Under the pieces are notes generated by a model. That model searched no databases and was not told the origin of the DNA. It worked only from the letters and a program-made list of their open reading frames with translations. A DNA stretch of 64,000 bases from a virus. Made by a program: the position numbers and the translations under genes. Numbering within the stretch: the first letter of the stretch is position 1; each line of letters begins with the position of its first letter. The DNA lies in IMG/VR virus record IMGVR_UViG_3300025010_000004, positions 32,001 to 96,000 of that record; one strand, written 5' to 3'. Shown piece by piece: positions 1-9,474 of this stretch.

Positions 1-854
1 CTTAAGTCTCCTAGGTCTTTTCCCTCAGGAACTCTTGAAGTGTTGGTTGAATAAACTGGGAGCCAATTACTAATCATACTGCATATTTCTTGTTCTGCTT
101 TTATTCCAGCTTTGTCGTTATCAGCAAACATCACTACGTAATCTACATTCAAAGCCAAGACCATCCTAAGCTTGGTCCGAGACCAGTTGTTTGCTCCAAA
201 GAAGCAAAGCGTAGGAAACCCATGCCCGACCCCATTTACAGAATGAAAAATCCCTTCGCCTAATATCACATAGTTAGGCTTCATTTCCTTAACTATGTCA
301 TACGGGTAAAGCCAATCTACCCCGCAACTACTCCCCTTATTACGTAGATACTTAGGCTTCATATCATCTTTTAAAGCCCGTGCATCCACCCCAATAAGCT
401 CGCCTCCTAAGTAAATAGGAAACACTATTCGGTTATCGTACCAGCCTCTGTTGCAGCGTATAGCTCCTAGTTTTCTGTAGGTGTCTATTGAAATTCCTCT
501 GAACCCATCTTCATCCCAAGGGTCTCCCGGAGGTATCAGCACCTGCCTTGCTTCGCTAAGAGGAACGTCGAACGTATGCTCTATTTGCTTTATCTTAGCT
601 CGTATAGCCATAGTCCTAAAGTCAAGTTCCTCTAGTGCCCCTCCAGTTAACCATTGTAGTAGATCGTCACCTTTTAGTGAAAATCCACACGCGAAGCAAT
701 GTGAAACTAGCCTGTCAGCGTTAATGTTAAAACTTGGCCTTGCGTCAACCCCGCCTTGATGGTTGGCTGCGTGTGGGCATACTATGGCTATTTCACCGTC
801 CGGCTTTATAACGTAGTGTATTCCTTTAGCCTCAATTAGTTCTATAATTTCCAC
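1..854 (-). CDS. DnaG-type DNA primase (3' end runs off the window)
   Basis: Hand-translated from GTG at 854 after AAGGAGG. CHC2 zinc finger (CPH...H...PSF...CFACG), TOPRIM motifs GEG and FADNDKAG, and C-terminal PEGKDLGDL. Confidence 0.9.
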   Translation of the reverse strand, partial: MEIIELIEAKGIHYVIKPDGEIAIVCPHAANHQGGVDARPSFNINADRLVSHCFACGFSLKGDDLLQWLTGGALEELDFRTMAIRAKIKQIEHTFDVPLSEARQVLIPPGDPWDEDGFRGISIDTYRKLGAIRCNRGWYDNRIVFPIYLGGELIGVDARALKDDMKPKYLRNKGSSCGVDWLYPYDIVKEMKPNYVILGEGIFHSVNGVGHGFPTLCFFGANNWSRTKLRMVLALNVDYVVMFADNDKAGIKAEQEICSMISNWLPVYSTNTSRVPEGKDLGDL

Positions 855-873
855 ACGCCCTCCTTTCTATACG

Positions 874-1146
874 TCACACCTTTCGTAGGTGTTCCACAAA
901 TGCGCCTACCACATCACGCAGCGTTTCCATTTTCGCAATGAAATCGTCCAGTGAATCAGTTTCAGCCTTATGCAGCCTAATCTTGCTATGGCAATCGGAT
1001 ATTTCCAAAATAGTCATAACTTCTTTCTTACCTTTACGGGTCCAAGGTGCCACACCATGATAAGCCACAACTGCACCAGTAGATGGATGCCCGTGAGGGT
1101 TTAACCACTGCCTATTTGAGTACCCGGCTCCTTTATCTTTTGCCAC
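874..1146 (-). CDS. hypothetical protein
   Basis: ORF track; co-oriented with the operon, with an RBS-like GAGG. Confidence 0.6.
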   Translation of the reverse strand: MAKDKGAGYSNRQWLNPHGHPSTGAVVAYHGVAPWTRKGKKEVMTILEISDCHSKIRLHKAETDSLDDFIAKMETLRDVVGAFVEHLRKV

Positions 1147-1265
1147 GATTTAACCTCATCACTTCCTGCTTCGTTTTTGGCCACGAATTAACTATTTTAG
1201 ACGCGGCCTCAAGTTGACGAACAAGCCAACCCGCCTTAAAATTGACTACCATTTCAGCTCCCTCC

Positions 1266-2084
1266 TTATACCTTTTTAAGCGCAGCTAGCTCCTTCGCCA
1301 GATCGGCTACTGTTGCTTTTATAGTGGCGTCTTTTAGTCTTATAGGTATAGCCCCATACCTATCCAAACTAACTTTGTACCTCTCTTTGAACTCTTCTGG
1401 TGTAAGGTGAGAGGATAGAATTGTAGACTTGCCCCTTAGCCTGCGCTGGTCTATGAACGCAGAACAGGTAGCCTCAGTGAATCCTGAGTTCGCCTTGTAC
1501 ACAGTTCCAAGCATACTAAGGCAAGCTATATCTGCGGCTTCCATAGCATCTATAAGCGCAGAGTCTTGGAATGTCTTAACTTCCTCCATGAATGTAGTAA
1601 GTGGGACCATGCAACATTTCAACTTACTTCTAACCGCCGATTTAAGAATGTTTGAAGCAGCCAGCATAGCTCCGTCTTCGAATTCACTGTAGAAATAAAG
1701 CACTCTGCCTAAGCTGGAAAATCCTATAGGATCTTCCAGTATTTGTGAATACAGGTTTAGGTTTTCTCCTGTAGTAGCAGGCAGCTCATTCCTGTCGATA
1801 TACATAGGCGGTATTCTGGCTATTGTATAATGTATTGCCCTAAGCTTTTCTTCGTGACTGTGTTCTGTCAATTTATATTTCCTCCAATACGCCTCATGGC
1901 ACCTACTAACTATGCTAGGCAAGTCCAAGGCCACTCTATCCAGTTGGTCGCTTCCGTACAGCTGAAATATACCTTTAAGATATGGTTTCGGTATCGTAAG
2001 GTATTTTCTAAATATCATGCTGTCCTTAAGTGTGTAGTTGGCGTTAAGCGGCCTTAGTAAGTTTCTTACTGGAACATTATCCAC
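1266..2084 (-). CDS. DnaC/IstB-like helicase-loader-like protein with degenerate Walker motifs
   Basis: C-terminal FIDQRR..GKSTILSSHLTPEEF.ERY resembles the DnaC/IstB sensor region; lies between helicase and primase; no GKT/DD. Confidence 0.55.
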   Translation of the reverse strand: MDNVPVRNLLRPLNANYTLKDSMIFRKYLTIPKPYLKGIFQLYGSDQLDRVALDLPSIVSRCHEAYWRKYKLTEHSHEEKLRAIHYTIARIPPMYIDRNELPATTGENLNLYSQILEDPIGFSSLGRVLYFYSEFEDGAMLAASNILKSAVRSKLKCCMVPLTTFMEEVKTFQDSALIDAMEAADIACLSMLGTVYKANSGFTEATCSAFIDQRRLRGKSTILSSHLTPEEFKERYKVSLDRYGAIPIRLKDATIKATVADLAKELAALKKV

Positions 2085-2449
2085 TATTTTCCCCTAGCAG
2101 CTTCCATCTCAGCTTTTGTTCTTCGCTTGCGCTTCTGCTTTTGGTTTACCGGAACGGCCACAGGCTTTTCTTCAACCTTTACAGCTTCAACTTCTTCTTT
2201 AGGTGTTCTGGTCTTTTTCGGTCCTTCCTTAGCAGGTGCCTTCTTTTTCTTTCTAATGCTTTTAGGTTCTACGAAATTAGGTATGCCGTACTTAGTCAGA
2301 TACTTCTGCTCTATAAGCAGGGCTTTAATCTTTTCGTAGTTCTCAGTGTAGGTTTTGCACAATTCTTTCACCTTTATCGCACAGCTATAAACACAAATTA
2401 GGGCATTTATCTGGCACTGCCCTCCGTCCTTCTCGCACCATACTATCAT
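2084..2449 (-). CDS. hypothetical protein, Cys-rich N-terminus, basic tail
   Basis: ORF track; abuts or overlaps neighbours. Confidence 0.6.
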   Translation of the reverse strand: MIVWCEKDGGQCQINALICVYSCAIKVKELCKTYTENYEKIKALLIEQKYLTKYGIPNFVEPKSIRKKKKAPAKEGPKKTRTPKEEVEAVKVEEKPVAVPVNQKQKRKRRTKAEMEAARGK

Positions 2450-2640
2450 TTTGCCTCCAATGGCTCATAAATGCGCTCAAAATTATCTGGATTTCCACCA
2501 CCTCTCCAGTAGTCATTCCCTCCATCTATAAAAATGGAGCCACAGCTACACGAAACCCAGTCATGTCTATGTACTGAGACTATAATACCTCCGCACTTCA
2601 AACACTTTGCTTTATTTTTGTACTTTTTATCTTCTTCCAT
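2446..2640 (-). CDS. small putative Zn-binding phage protein
   Basis: CxxC...HRHD...CxCG...DGG motif; strong RBS. Confidence 0.7.
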   Translation of the reverse strand: MEEDKKYKNKAKCLKCGGIIVSVHRHDWVSCSCGSIFIDGGNDYWRGGGNPDNFERIYEPLEAK

Positions 2641-2676
2641 TTTGTCACCTCCTTGTGGGTAGAACTTGTTCTACTT

Positions 2677-4032
2677 CTAGAATGCCAGATCTTCAAATTT
2701 ACAAACATCAAACCTTCTCAACAATTTAAACGGTTTAAGGGCCGGCTCGTTAGGTACTGACTGAAAATTCCTAAAAGCTTTGTATGCCACTGTAGACGTT
2801 CCTGCTTCCTTGTCGCCATTTTCCTGTTTGAGGATAAGGCATAGATCGCAGTCCGCAATTATTCCTCCACCCCACCTAATCTTATCTTCTTTTTCGTCTA
2901 ACTGCACTGGTGTTATAATCCTGCAGTCGTTGTTTCTGGCGAACGTTTTAAGGTCTCTACTTCTAGCCAGAAGGTATTCCCATGATGCTAATGTTTTGTC
3001 TCCACCTCCCCTCGGAACTAACGAGATATAGTCTAGTACAAACGTTCGGACATTCTTCATGTCCACCATCATCTGCATGTAAAGGAATAATTTGTCCCAA
3101 GACCCAGGCTTGTCTGGTATAAAGAATCTATTTTTCTTAGGGGCAAAATGATCCCAGAACAAAGGCCACCACTTGTCGGCATCTTCATTCTTAGTCTGCT
3201 CAATGAAATCTTTCATGTTAGGATTAAAATCACACAAATGACGGACTTCGGCCTCTCGCAGGGCTAGCCGCTGTTCATTTGTTAGCATATTACTGGTTAT
3301 TAGCCCAACATTAATTTCACTTTTAGATGCAAGTATCCTCATCTTAACTTCTGTCTGACTCATCTCGTAAGAGATGTAACAAGAAGACCCTTCATAATTT
3401 TCATGCCCGTAGGTTAGAAACTGTAGAGCTAGTAGCGATTTACCAGCTTTACTAGGAGCACCTACTAATGTTAAACTTTTTTCTGCAAAAGGACCATGCA
3501 TATCTAGCGAAGTCAGCCCAGACTTTCTGAAATTGTACTGGACGCTCTTACCAGCAAGGCGGACCATATCACCAGAATCTAGGTTATCTCCAGCCCCATG
3601 TTGGAACATACTTTCGTACATCTCTTTCATAACAGCCACCGCGTTGTCTTCGTCCCGCTTGTCCACTGAGTCTACTAGCTTTCCAGCGCCGTCTAGTATG
3701 CACCTAAACTGATACTGAGTATGTAGTTTTTTAATTAGATCATCCGTGGTGATGCCTGATGTGTCCTTGGCTTTTATGTCTGAAATAAGATCTACGTAGA
3801 ATCTCTGCTTGTCTGGGTTGGCTACCCTGTTTGTAATCTCCATCTTTAGAACGTCCCACCCAGGAAGTTGATAATGGGTAGTAAAATGAGTGCCTATGAT
3901 GGTGTATATGTTCTGAAGCTCTTTGTTTCCGAATAGCTCTGTAGGAACTGCCATCAATAATTCTGGAGATTTCGATTCTACTATTTTTTTCAGTATCAGC
4001 ATCTCTGCTTGTGTATTTACTATTTTTGACAT
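2677..4032 (-). CDS. DnaB-like replicative helicase
   Basis: Walker A GAPSKAGKS, SYEMS, Walker B FVLDYI, PVQL. Confidence 0.9.
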   Translation of the reverse strand: MSKIVNTQAEMLILKKIVESKSPELLMAVPTELFGNKELQNIYTIIGTHFTTHYQLPGWDVLKMEITNRVANPDKQRFYVDLISDIKAKDTSGITTDDLIKKLHTQYQFRCILDGAGKLVDSVDKRDEDNAVAVMKEMYESMFQHGAGDNLDSGDMVRLAGKSVQYNFRKSGLTSLDMHGPFAEKSLTLVGAPSKAGKSLLALQFLTYGHENYEGSSCYISYEMSQTEVKMRILASKSEINVGLITSNMLTNEQRLALREAEVRHLCDFNPNMKDFIEQTKNEDADKWWPLFWDHFAPKKNRFFIPDKPGSWDKLFLYMQMMVDMKNVRTFVLDYISLVPRGGGDKTLASWEYLLARSRDLKTFARNNDCRIITPVQLDEKEDKIRWGGGIIADCDLCLILKQENGDKEAGTSTVAYKAFRNFQSVPNEPALKPFKLLRRFDVCKFEDLAF

Positions 4033-4137
4033 AGTTGCTCCTTACTGGCGTTTTTATGAGTTGTATATTTGATTGTGGAATAAGTTGTAGTTAATTAACA
4101 GAATGGAGATGCAAGTGAATCATCAAAATGAAGGCGT

Positions 4138-4166
4138 ATTATACCACAGCAATTGATAAATGTCAA
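4138..4166 (-). promoter_or_regulatory. sigma-70 consensus promoter for the helicase/primase operon
   Basis: Minus strand TTGACA-17-TATAAT with TGTGG before the -10 and an A-rich UP tract. Confidence 0.85.
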
Positions 4167-4248
4167 GCTTTATTTTTAACTTTTTTGTGGTCAATACCAC
4201 TTATTTTCGGGGAATATAAAATTATTTTTCAAAAAGTGAAAATAAAGC

Positions 4249-4405
4249 TTGACAAAATCGCAAAAGTGTGGTATAATACAATCTTCGAGCCAAAGCGAAG
4301 AAGATTGCTAATAGGTTGGTTTTAAGGTTTACTGTTTATAGCCTTTTCTTTTACCTTTACCCTGTGTCTACCCCGCCCGAAGGGCGGGAGGCGTTTTAAT
4401 GAGAA
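4249..4405 (+). ncRNA. promoter + GA/GAA hairpin cassette, copy A (putative small antisense-direction RNA)
   Basis: TTGACA-17-TATAAT, then AATCTTC-GAGCCAAAGCGAA-GAAGATT hairpin, then a 47-bp tail identical to 23438-23484. Confidence 0.55.
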
Positions 4406-4628
4406 ATTTATCAATCTTAGCTTTATTCTCAAGTGTATCTATCAAGTCTTCACGGTCTTCTATAATACTACAAAGGTCGTAATTCTCTTCTTCAAGGTCT
4501 TCTATCTCTTCCCTCAACCTATCATTCTCATTTTCATTAAACTTTGAACGTTCATACTCACAAGTAACGCACATACTTCTAGGGCTTAGCTCATGTACTT
4601 CTCTATCGCATTGGTAGCATCGTTTCAT
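4368..4628 (-). CDS. hypothetical Zn-finger/acidic coiled-coil protein
   Basis: Two CxxC, acidic heptads, strong RBS; C-terminus reads into the cassette tail. Confidence 0.65.
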   Translation of the reverse strand: MKRCYQCDREVHELSPRSMCVTCEYERSKFNENENDRLREEIEDLEEENYDLCSIIEDREDLIDTLENKAKIDKFLIKTPPALRAG

Positions 4629-4653
4629 TTTACCTCCTTCGGTAGAACATGTT

Positions 4654-5094
4654 CTACCCTGCCAATAGTTCCTTAGTTATTTTAGCGGCAACCGCTCCGT
4701 CGTATAGACCAGCGTAGTTTTCTTTAAGGAACTTCATAACATCTTTAAGTTCCACCTGGCCCTCTCCAGCGTCACGCGTAACTTTTATGTACTTATGCGC
4801 AAGGGCTGTCAACTCATCTGTGCTAAGCTGCTTAGGAAGATATCCATTCAGGATAGCTATCTCAGCTTCCCTAGCATCAATATACGATTTAACGTCAGGT
4901 AGCCTATCAGAATACCTTATGCACTCGTTAGCATTATTTATAAACTTTTTAACTACGGCCACAAATTCGGCGTCTGAGGGGTTTTTATTTACCTTAGTGG
5001 CCTCACCTATTAGCGTGCCTAATAAGTCCTTTCTGAGGCCATCCTTGGCCCTCAGAGCACCTATTCTGTCAGCCCTAACATCGTCTATTAACAT
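4654..5094 (-). CDS. GatB/YqeY domain protein
   Basis: EAEIAILNGYLPKQLS.DEL, VMKFLKENYAG.YDG. Confidence 0.85.
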   Translation of the reverse strand: MLIDDVRADRIGALRAKDGLRKDLLGTLIGEATKVNKNPSDAEFVAVVKKFINNANECIRYSDRLPDVKSYIDAREAEIAILNGYLPKQLSTDELTALAHKYIKVTRDAGEGQVELKDVMKFLKENYAGLYDGAVAAKITKELLAG

Positions 5095-5492
5095 TACGCA
5101 GCCTCCTTAGGAGGCATACAATTGTCGCATAGGCAATATACCCACCCATCTATGTTTTTAATGCAGTCATATTGTAGCTCTCCACACTTTTCGCAGGTGA
5201 TGCTACACTTTCCCTCAAAAGCCCCCAAAGCAGTCTCAACGCCATACCCTACTTTATCGGGGTAGGTTACGTAGCACCTAGCCTGCCCGAACTTTTCCTT
5301 TATCTGGAAAATTTTAATTTCGTGAGGCCCACCGTTATGTGTGCGTTGCCATTCAAGGCTCTTTAGAAAATCTTCTACGTGCCTGGCCCAGCCTACTCCG
5401 CATTCAATTCCGCGCACAGGTTTACCTTCTTTGTCAGTTTCAAAGAGGTGAATATACTTCTGCTCCAATTCATCGTACCAATGTTTTAGCAT
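5094..5492 (-). CDS. conserved phage protein (QIKEKFG motif, C-terminal Zn ribbon)
   Basis: ECGVGW...QIKEKFGQAR...TCEKCG...LCDNC. Confidence 0.65.
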   Translation of the reverse strand: MLKHWYDELEQKYIHLFETDKEGKPVRGIECGVGWARHVEDFLKSLEWQRTHNGGPHEIKIFQIKEKFGQARCYVTYPDKVGYGVETALGAFEGKCSITCEKCGELQYDCIKNIDGWVYCLCDNCMPPKEAA

Positions 5493-5698
5493 AGTTGTGC
5501 CTCCACTACTGCCCTAGCGCAGTTAATAGCGTCTTTGTGTCTGCCCAGTCTGCTAAGCTCGCCTTTGCGTATCTGCCGTATTAGCATACGCAGGGTATTC
5601 CTAGCATGGTGCTCATTCATGTCACCGACAGCGATAACCTCCATATCCTTAGTTACCCACAGTTCTTCGTCCTTGTAGTTGTTGTCTCTAATTGGCAT
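5486..5698 (-). CDS. hypothetical protein
   Basis: ORF track, strong RBS. Confidence 0.6.
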   Translation of the reverse strand: MPIRDNNYKDEELWVTKDMEVIAVGDMNEHHARNTLRMLIRQIRKGELSRLGRHKDAINCARAVVEAQLC

Positions 5699-5716
5699 TT
5701 TTACCTCCTTGTAGTG

Positions 5717-5950
5717 TTAGCAATTTCCGTCTTCTTTTATTTCGAATTTAACTTTTCTCTGTTCTCCTACGAAGAACCAGTACTCGGTTTGTTCCAGTCT
5801 CCACCTACCAACGGCCTTCTCGACAGACTTGCATCCACAGTTGGGGCAGCAGGCGTATGAATTAGTCCATATAACAGTCCCAAAAGTCCAGTCGCAATTA
5901 GTACACCTATGCCCTATCTCGTAGCGCCCATACTCCACTAGTGTTTTCAT
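5717..5950 (-). CDS. small Zn-ribbon protein
   Basis: CTNC...CPNC. Confidence 0.6.
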   Translation of the reverse strand: MKTLVEYGRYEIGHRCTNCDWTFGTVIWTNSYACCPNCGCKSVEKAVGRWRLEQTEYWFFVGEQRKVKFEIKEDGNC

Positions 5951-6222
5951 TTAGACGTACCTCCCGGATATTTAGTATAGTATATAGCTAGGGCTGTCCA
6001 TGTCCCATTGCCTAGCATTACAGATAGGTTCCCTAAGAATGATAGAGGTTGACACAGCGCAGTGTAGTAGACTATGTTCCATACACCTATTAGTGTGAAG
6101 AATGCTTGTGGACCCCAAGATATACCAGCCACCATTTTATCTCTTCTTAACTTGAACACATTAACCCACACTATAATTCCTGCTATGGCGACTAGTATTG
6201 CGTTTATTGCGTCTACATTCAT
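5947..6222 (-). CDS. small 3-TM membrane protein (PQ-loop/SemiSWEET-like)
   Basis: Three hydrophobic segments and K.VAGIS motif. Confidence 0.5.
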   Translation of the reverse strand: MNVDAINAILVAIAGIIVWVNVFKLRRDKMVAGISWGPQAFFTLIGVWNIVYYTALCQPLSFLGNLSVMLGNGTWTALAIYYTKYPGGTSK

Positions 6223-7547
6223 TAAGAGCTTACCTCATACTTTAACTTTCTATAGAATTTGTCTCTGTTGTTAGCAAAAATTTCAGCAAGATACCCCTTA
6301 TCCCTGAAATCTATGACCCAAGGTTTCGGCTTACCATCAACTTTTCTAACAACCCTACCAGTTATTTGCTGTGTATCCTTCAAATTGTTGTTAGGTTTAG
6401 TCATTACAACACAATCAGCCGATGGGAAGTCTACCCCTTTGTCCATTTTTTTAGATACAAACACAAAATCAAGCTGGCCAGTTTCAAACAGGTGCTTGAC
6501 TTCTCTATCTCTTTTAGCTGAAGTTGTGCCTACATAGACTATGGTTCTAGCACCACTCCGAGTCATAACAGTGCTTAGTAGTTTTGCTTGGTCTACTTTA
6601 ATACATACTACAATTGTTCTTCGTTTTTCTGCTAAACACTTTTTAAGTACGCCGTATATAACGGCCATTCGTTTCGCAGATTTAGCCAACGACGGTAGTA
6701 TCTTGCTTCCAAAGTCATTAGGAACCTCGGACTCCCAAGCGACTCCTGTATCGACCCACTCAACTGTAGGAATAAGTGCGTTATTATCAACCATTGTAAC
6801 ACATACCGGCGCTATAAGATCTTCCAGGATTCCTGTTGATAGGTTTTTGCTAAAGAAAGTTGCGCTGCACCCTATGCGGTATTTTGTGTCAAGGCGCATC
6901 ATGACTTCTTTGAAGGTGGCTGCTTTAACAACGTGCGCTTCGTCTATCAGAACGCACCCAAACTTAGAACGCATAGCTGCAAGCAGCGCTGGGTTTCGGT
7001 GCAGAAGCTGGAATGTTGTTAAACAAACATCTCCAAACTTGTTTGATTTTGCGTTTAGAATGTCAATTTTTTTGTTGTAGATAAGATTGTAAGCGTCGGC
7101 CCAGTTGGCTGCGATATTGACTTGATCCGTCAAGAGGAGCGTCTTATTTCCAAGCTGCCCAGCTACGTAAGACATTACAACGGTCTTACCAGTGCCACAC
7201 CCCGCGCTCAAGGTTCCTGAGAATCTTTCTCTGACGTGGTTAAGAAGATTGTTGGCAGGTTCTACCTGATAATCTCTGAATTTAAATTCAGGGTTTAAAA
7301 CAAAAGGAGCAGCGATAGGCTCACCGCTACTCCTGCAATCTACTATCGTGCTCCCCAGCAAACTAGCCACTACTTCTAACTTATGCATACTAGGAGGAAG
7401 ATAAGCAACTCCATCTTTGTACACGTAGTTATAAAATACTTCACCTGTTCTTGAGACGTAGGAAAACATGTTAAGTATCACACCCTTAAGTGCTTCGTCG
7501 TCTGGCAGAACTACTTTGGCCGCATTGCGAACCTCAATTATACTCAT
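6222..7547 (-). CDS. superfamily 2 DEAH helicase (UvsW/T5 D10-like)
   Basis: RDYQ, GCGTGKT, DEAH, SAT, KGVDFP, QITGRVVR. Confidence 0.92.
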   Translation of the reverse strand: MSIIEVRNAAKVVLPDDEALKGVILNMFSYVSRTGEVFYNYVYKDGVAYLPPSMHKLEVVASLLGSTIVDCRSSGEPIAAPFVLNPEFKFRDYQVEPANNLLNHVRERFSGTLSAGCGTGKTVVMSYVAGQLGNKTLLLTDQVNIAANWADAYNLIYNKKIDILNAKSNKFGDVCLTTFQLLHRNPALLAAMRSKFGCVLIDEAHVVKAATFKEVMMRLDTKYRIGCSATFFSKNLSTGILEDLIAPVCVTMVDNNALIPTVEWVDTGVAWESEVPNDFGSKILPSLAKSAKRMAVIYGVLKKCLAEKRRTIVVCIKVDQAKLLSTVMTRSGARTIVYVGTTSAKRDREVKHLFETGQLDFVFVSKKMDKGVDFPSADCVVMTKPNNNLKDTQQITGRVVRKVDGKPKPWVIDFRDKGYLAEIFANNRDKFYRKLKYEVSS

Positions 7548-7556
7548 AAAGCTCCT

Positions 7557-7862
7557 TTATAAGATCCCTTCTTCCTTAGTTCTGAGGTAGTCGAATATGG
7601 CCGAAGCAAAAGTCTCAGGGTCTATGTAGTCTTCCAATATAGGCCACAACAGCGGTCCACTAAGGCCGTCGTCGCTGGCTATAAAGTCTTCTTTGATGTG
7701 GCCCCACCAAGGTTGCTTCTTAGCCCATTTAAGAAGCTCACCGTAGTATTCCCAATCGCTCCAGAATCCTATGGACGATGTTACGCTGTAGTTATTAAGT
7801 CTCTGGAATTTTCCTCCCATTTTTTCAATGAGATAGGTTTCTCTTTCCTCTTTAAATTGCAT
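7557..7862 (-). CDS. hypothetical protein
   Basis: ORF track, RBS AAGGAGG. Confidence 0.6.
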   Translation of the reverse strand: MQFKEERETYLIEKMGGKFQRLNNYSVTSSIGFWSDWEYYGELLKWAKKQPWWGHIKEDFIASDDGLSGPLLWPILEDYIDPETFASAIFDYLRTKEEGIL

Positions 7863-7891
7863 ATAGCCTCCTTTGGTGGGTAGAACATGTT

Positions 7892-8563
7892 CTACCTTCT
7901 TTTGTACCCATCAACCTCGTAGAAGATGGCGTTGGTAACATCGCACATAGTAAACTTACCACCGAACACTCCGGCAGTGTCTAGATTAATCCTGTTTTCG
8001 CGTATTTCTGGGCCATACTCGTTAGCTGAGTGCCCGTGGATTACCTTCTTACCGAAGTCATGAAATGAGTATAAGAATTCTCCTCTTATCCATGTCATAT
8101 CTTCTTCAGTTTGCTCTTCTAAAGGAATGCCAGGACGGAGCCCAGCGTGAACAAATAGGTACTCTTCAGTCTCGTACCTATACGGTAGGTCGTTTAGAAA
8201 TTTGTAGTGCTCTTTAGGGAAGTCCTCTATAAACGGCCTTTTAAGCATGCCTGCATTGTAATCTCCTAGGTAGCTTTTAATTGTTGTGTTACCACCATTG
8301 AACAGAAATATGTGGTGGGACAGTCTTCCTTTCAAATATTCTAGTAATAGGTCTTCGTGGTTTCCCCTCAACACTATAGTTTTTGGGAACAACTCTTGTA
8401 TTTTTATCAGAATATCTATCATCTTTTTACTATCAGGCCCTCTGTCGATGAAGTCTCCTAGGACTATTAGCCTGTCTTCTTTGGTAAGCTTAGCCTTTTG
8501 GAGAAGTTGTATGAATTGGTTGTAACACCCGTGTATGTCCGATACTACTAGTAGTCTCTCCAT
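7892..8563 (-). CDS. calcineurin-like Ser/Thr protein phosphatase (metallophosphoesterase)
   Basis: SDIHG, GDFIDRG, RGNHE, FVHAG, HGH, LDTAG. Confidence 0.93.
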   Translation of the reverse strand: MERLLVVSDIHGCYNQFIQLLQKAKLTKEDRLIVLGDFIDRGPDSKKMIDILIKIQELFPKTIVLRGNHEDLLLEYLKGRLSHHIFLFNGGNTTIKSYLGDYNAGMLKRPFIEDFPKEHYKFLNDLPYRYETEEYLFVHAGLRPGIPLEEQTEEDMTWIRGEFLYSFHDFGKKVIHGHSANEYGPEIRENRINLDTAGVFGGKFTMCDVTNAIFYEVDGYKRR

Positions 8564-8574
8564 TTTATGCTCCT

Positions 8575-8937
8575 TTAGCTATTTGCATGGTTATATGCAA
8601 TAACTGCTGCTTTTATGTCTTGCCATTGTTTTAGAGTTACTATTGTTGAAGCAGCCTTTGTGCCTTTAAGCTCCGGCTTTTGTAGCACGTAAAAGGTAAA
8701 GGTAGCCCCTAAATAAGATCTTGGATCTATACCATCCATCTGGCTTGTTCCTACCAGTGGGTTATGCGATACCATTCTCACATTCCCGAAACAGAAATCC
8801 TTAGTGTAGCGCAGAGTTCTGGGAGGAGTAGTATCACCAAATTCGTCTTTAAAATGGATCTGCTCTAGCACAGTAACCTTAACCATCTTTCTTTTGTCCT
8901 TGTCTATAAGCTCACCCTTAATCTTGATATGTCTCAT
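8575..8937 (-). CDS. EQTH-family paralog 1
   Basis: RHIK...VLEQIH...FG...WQDIKAAVIAYN. Confidence 0.8.
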   Translation of the reverse strand: MRHIKIKGELIDKDKRKMVKVTVLEQIHFKDEFGDTTPPRTLRYTKDFCFGNVRMVSHNPLVGTSQMDGIDPRSYLGATFTFYVLQKPELKGTKAASTIVTLKQWQDIKAAVIAYNHANS

Positions 8938-9474
8938 CGTCATCCTCCTCATATAAGTCAGATAGTTCTTCCTCTATTACAGACTTTTCATTTCTACGAT
9001 CATAGTCTTTTATAGAATTCATTCTATGCCCAGGTCTTGGAATAGGCACTCTAATTTGTTTGAAAGGAAGTGCCATTATTTATCCTTTACGTATTTTGGG
9101 AGACAGTAAACGTCCCTTATCCCATACATATAGTCCAATTTTTGAAACCTATCCCATGTAATCTTAGCGGACTGCTCGCACGCAGCTCTAGTGGTAAACT
9201 CTTGAGTAGTTACACTAGCTCCGCCATATACAGACATAACTATAAAAAGAATCCAAGTTCCCATTTAAATATCCTCCTCTATAAGGTCACCTACTAGGCG
9301 GCACGTCCTCCACACCTACTAACCACCAGAAATTTTCGTTTGGGTCATATCTTTCAATTAACGCTACTGTTTCTAACCAATAAATAGTATTTTTGAATGT
9401 GCGCGGAAACCATAAAAATTTTATCCGTGTCCGCTCTTCCCAATCCAGCGGTTTCCCTAGGTTAAATCTCATTT

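Noticed and set aside
4642-4657. Palindrome as a Gram-positive LexA box
   Set aside because: That box is GAAC-N4-GTTC; here the spacing is GAAC-N2-GTTC with invariant outer GTA/TAC.
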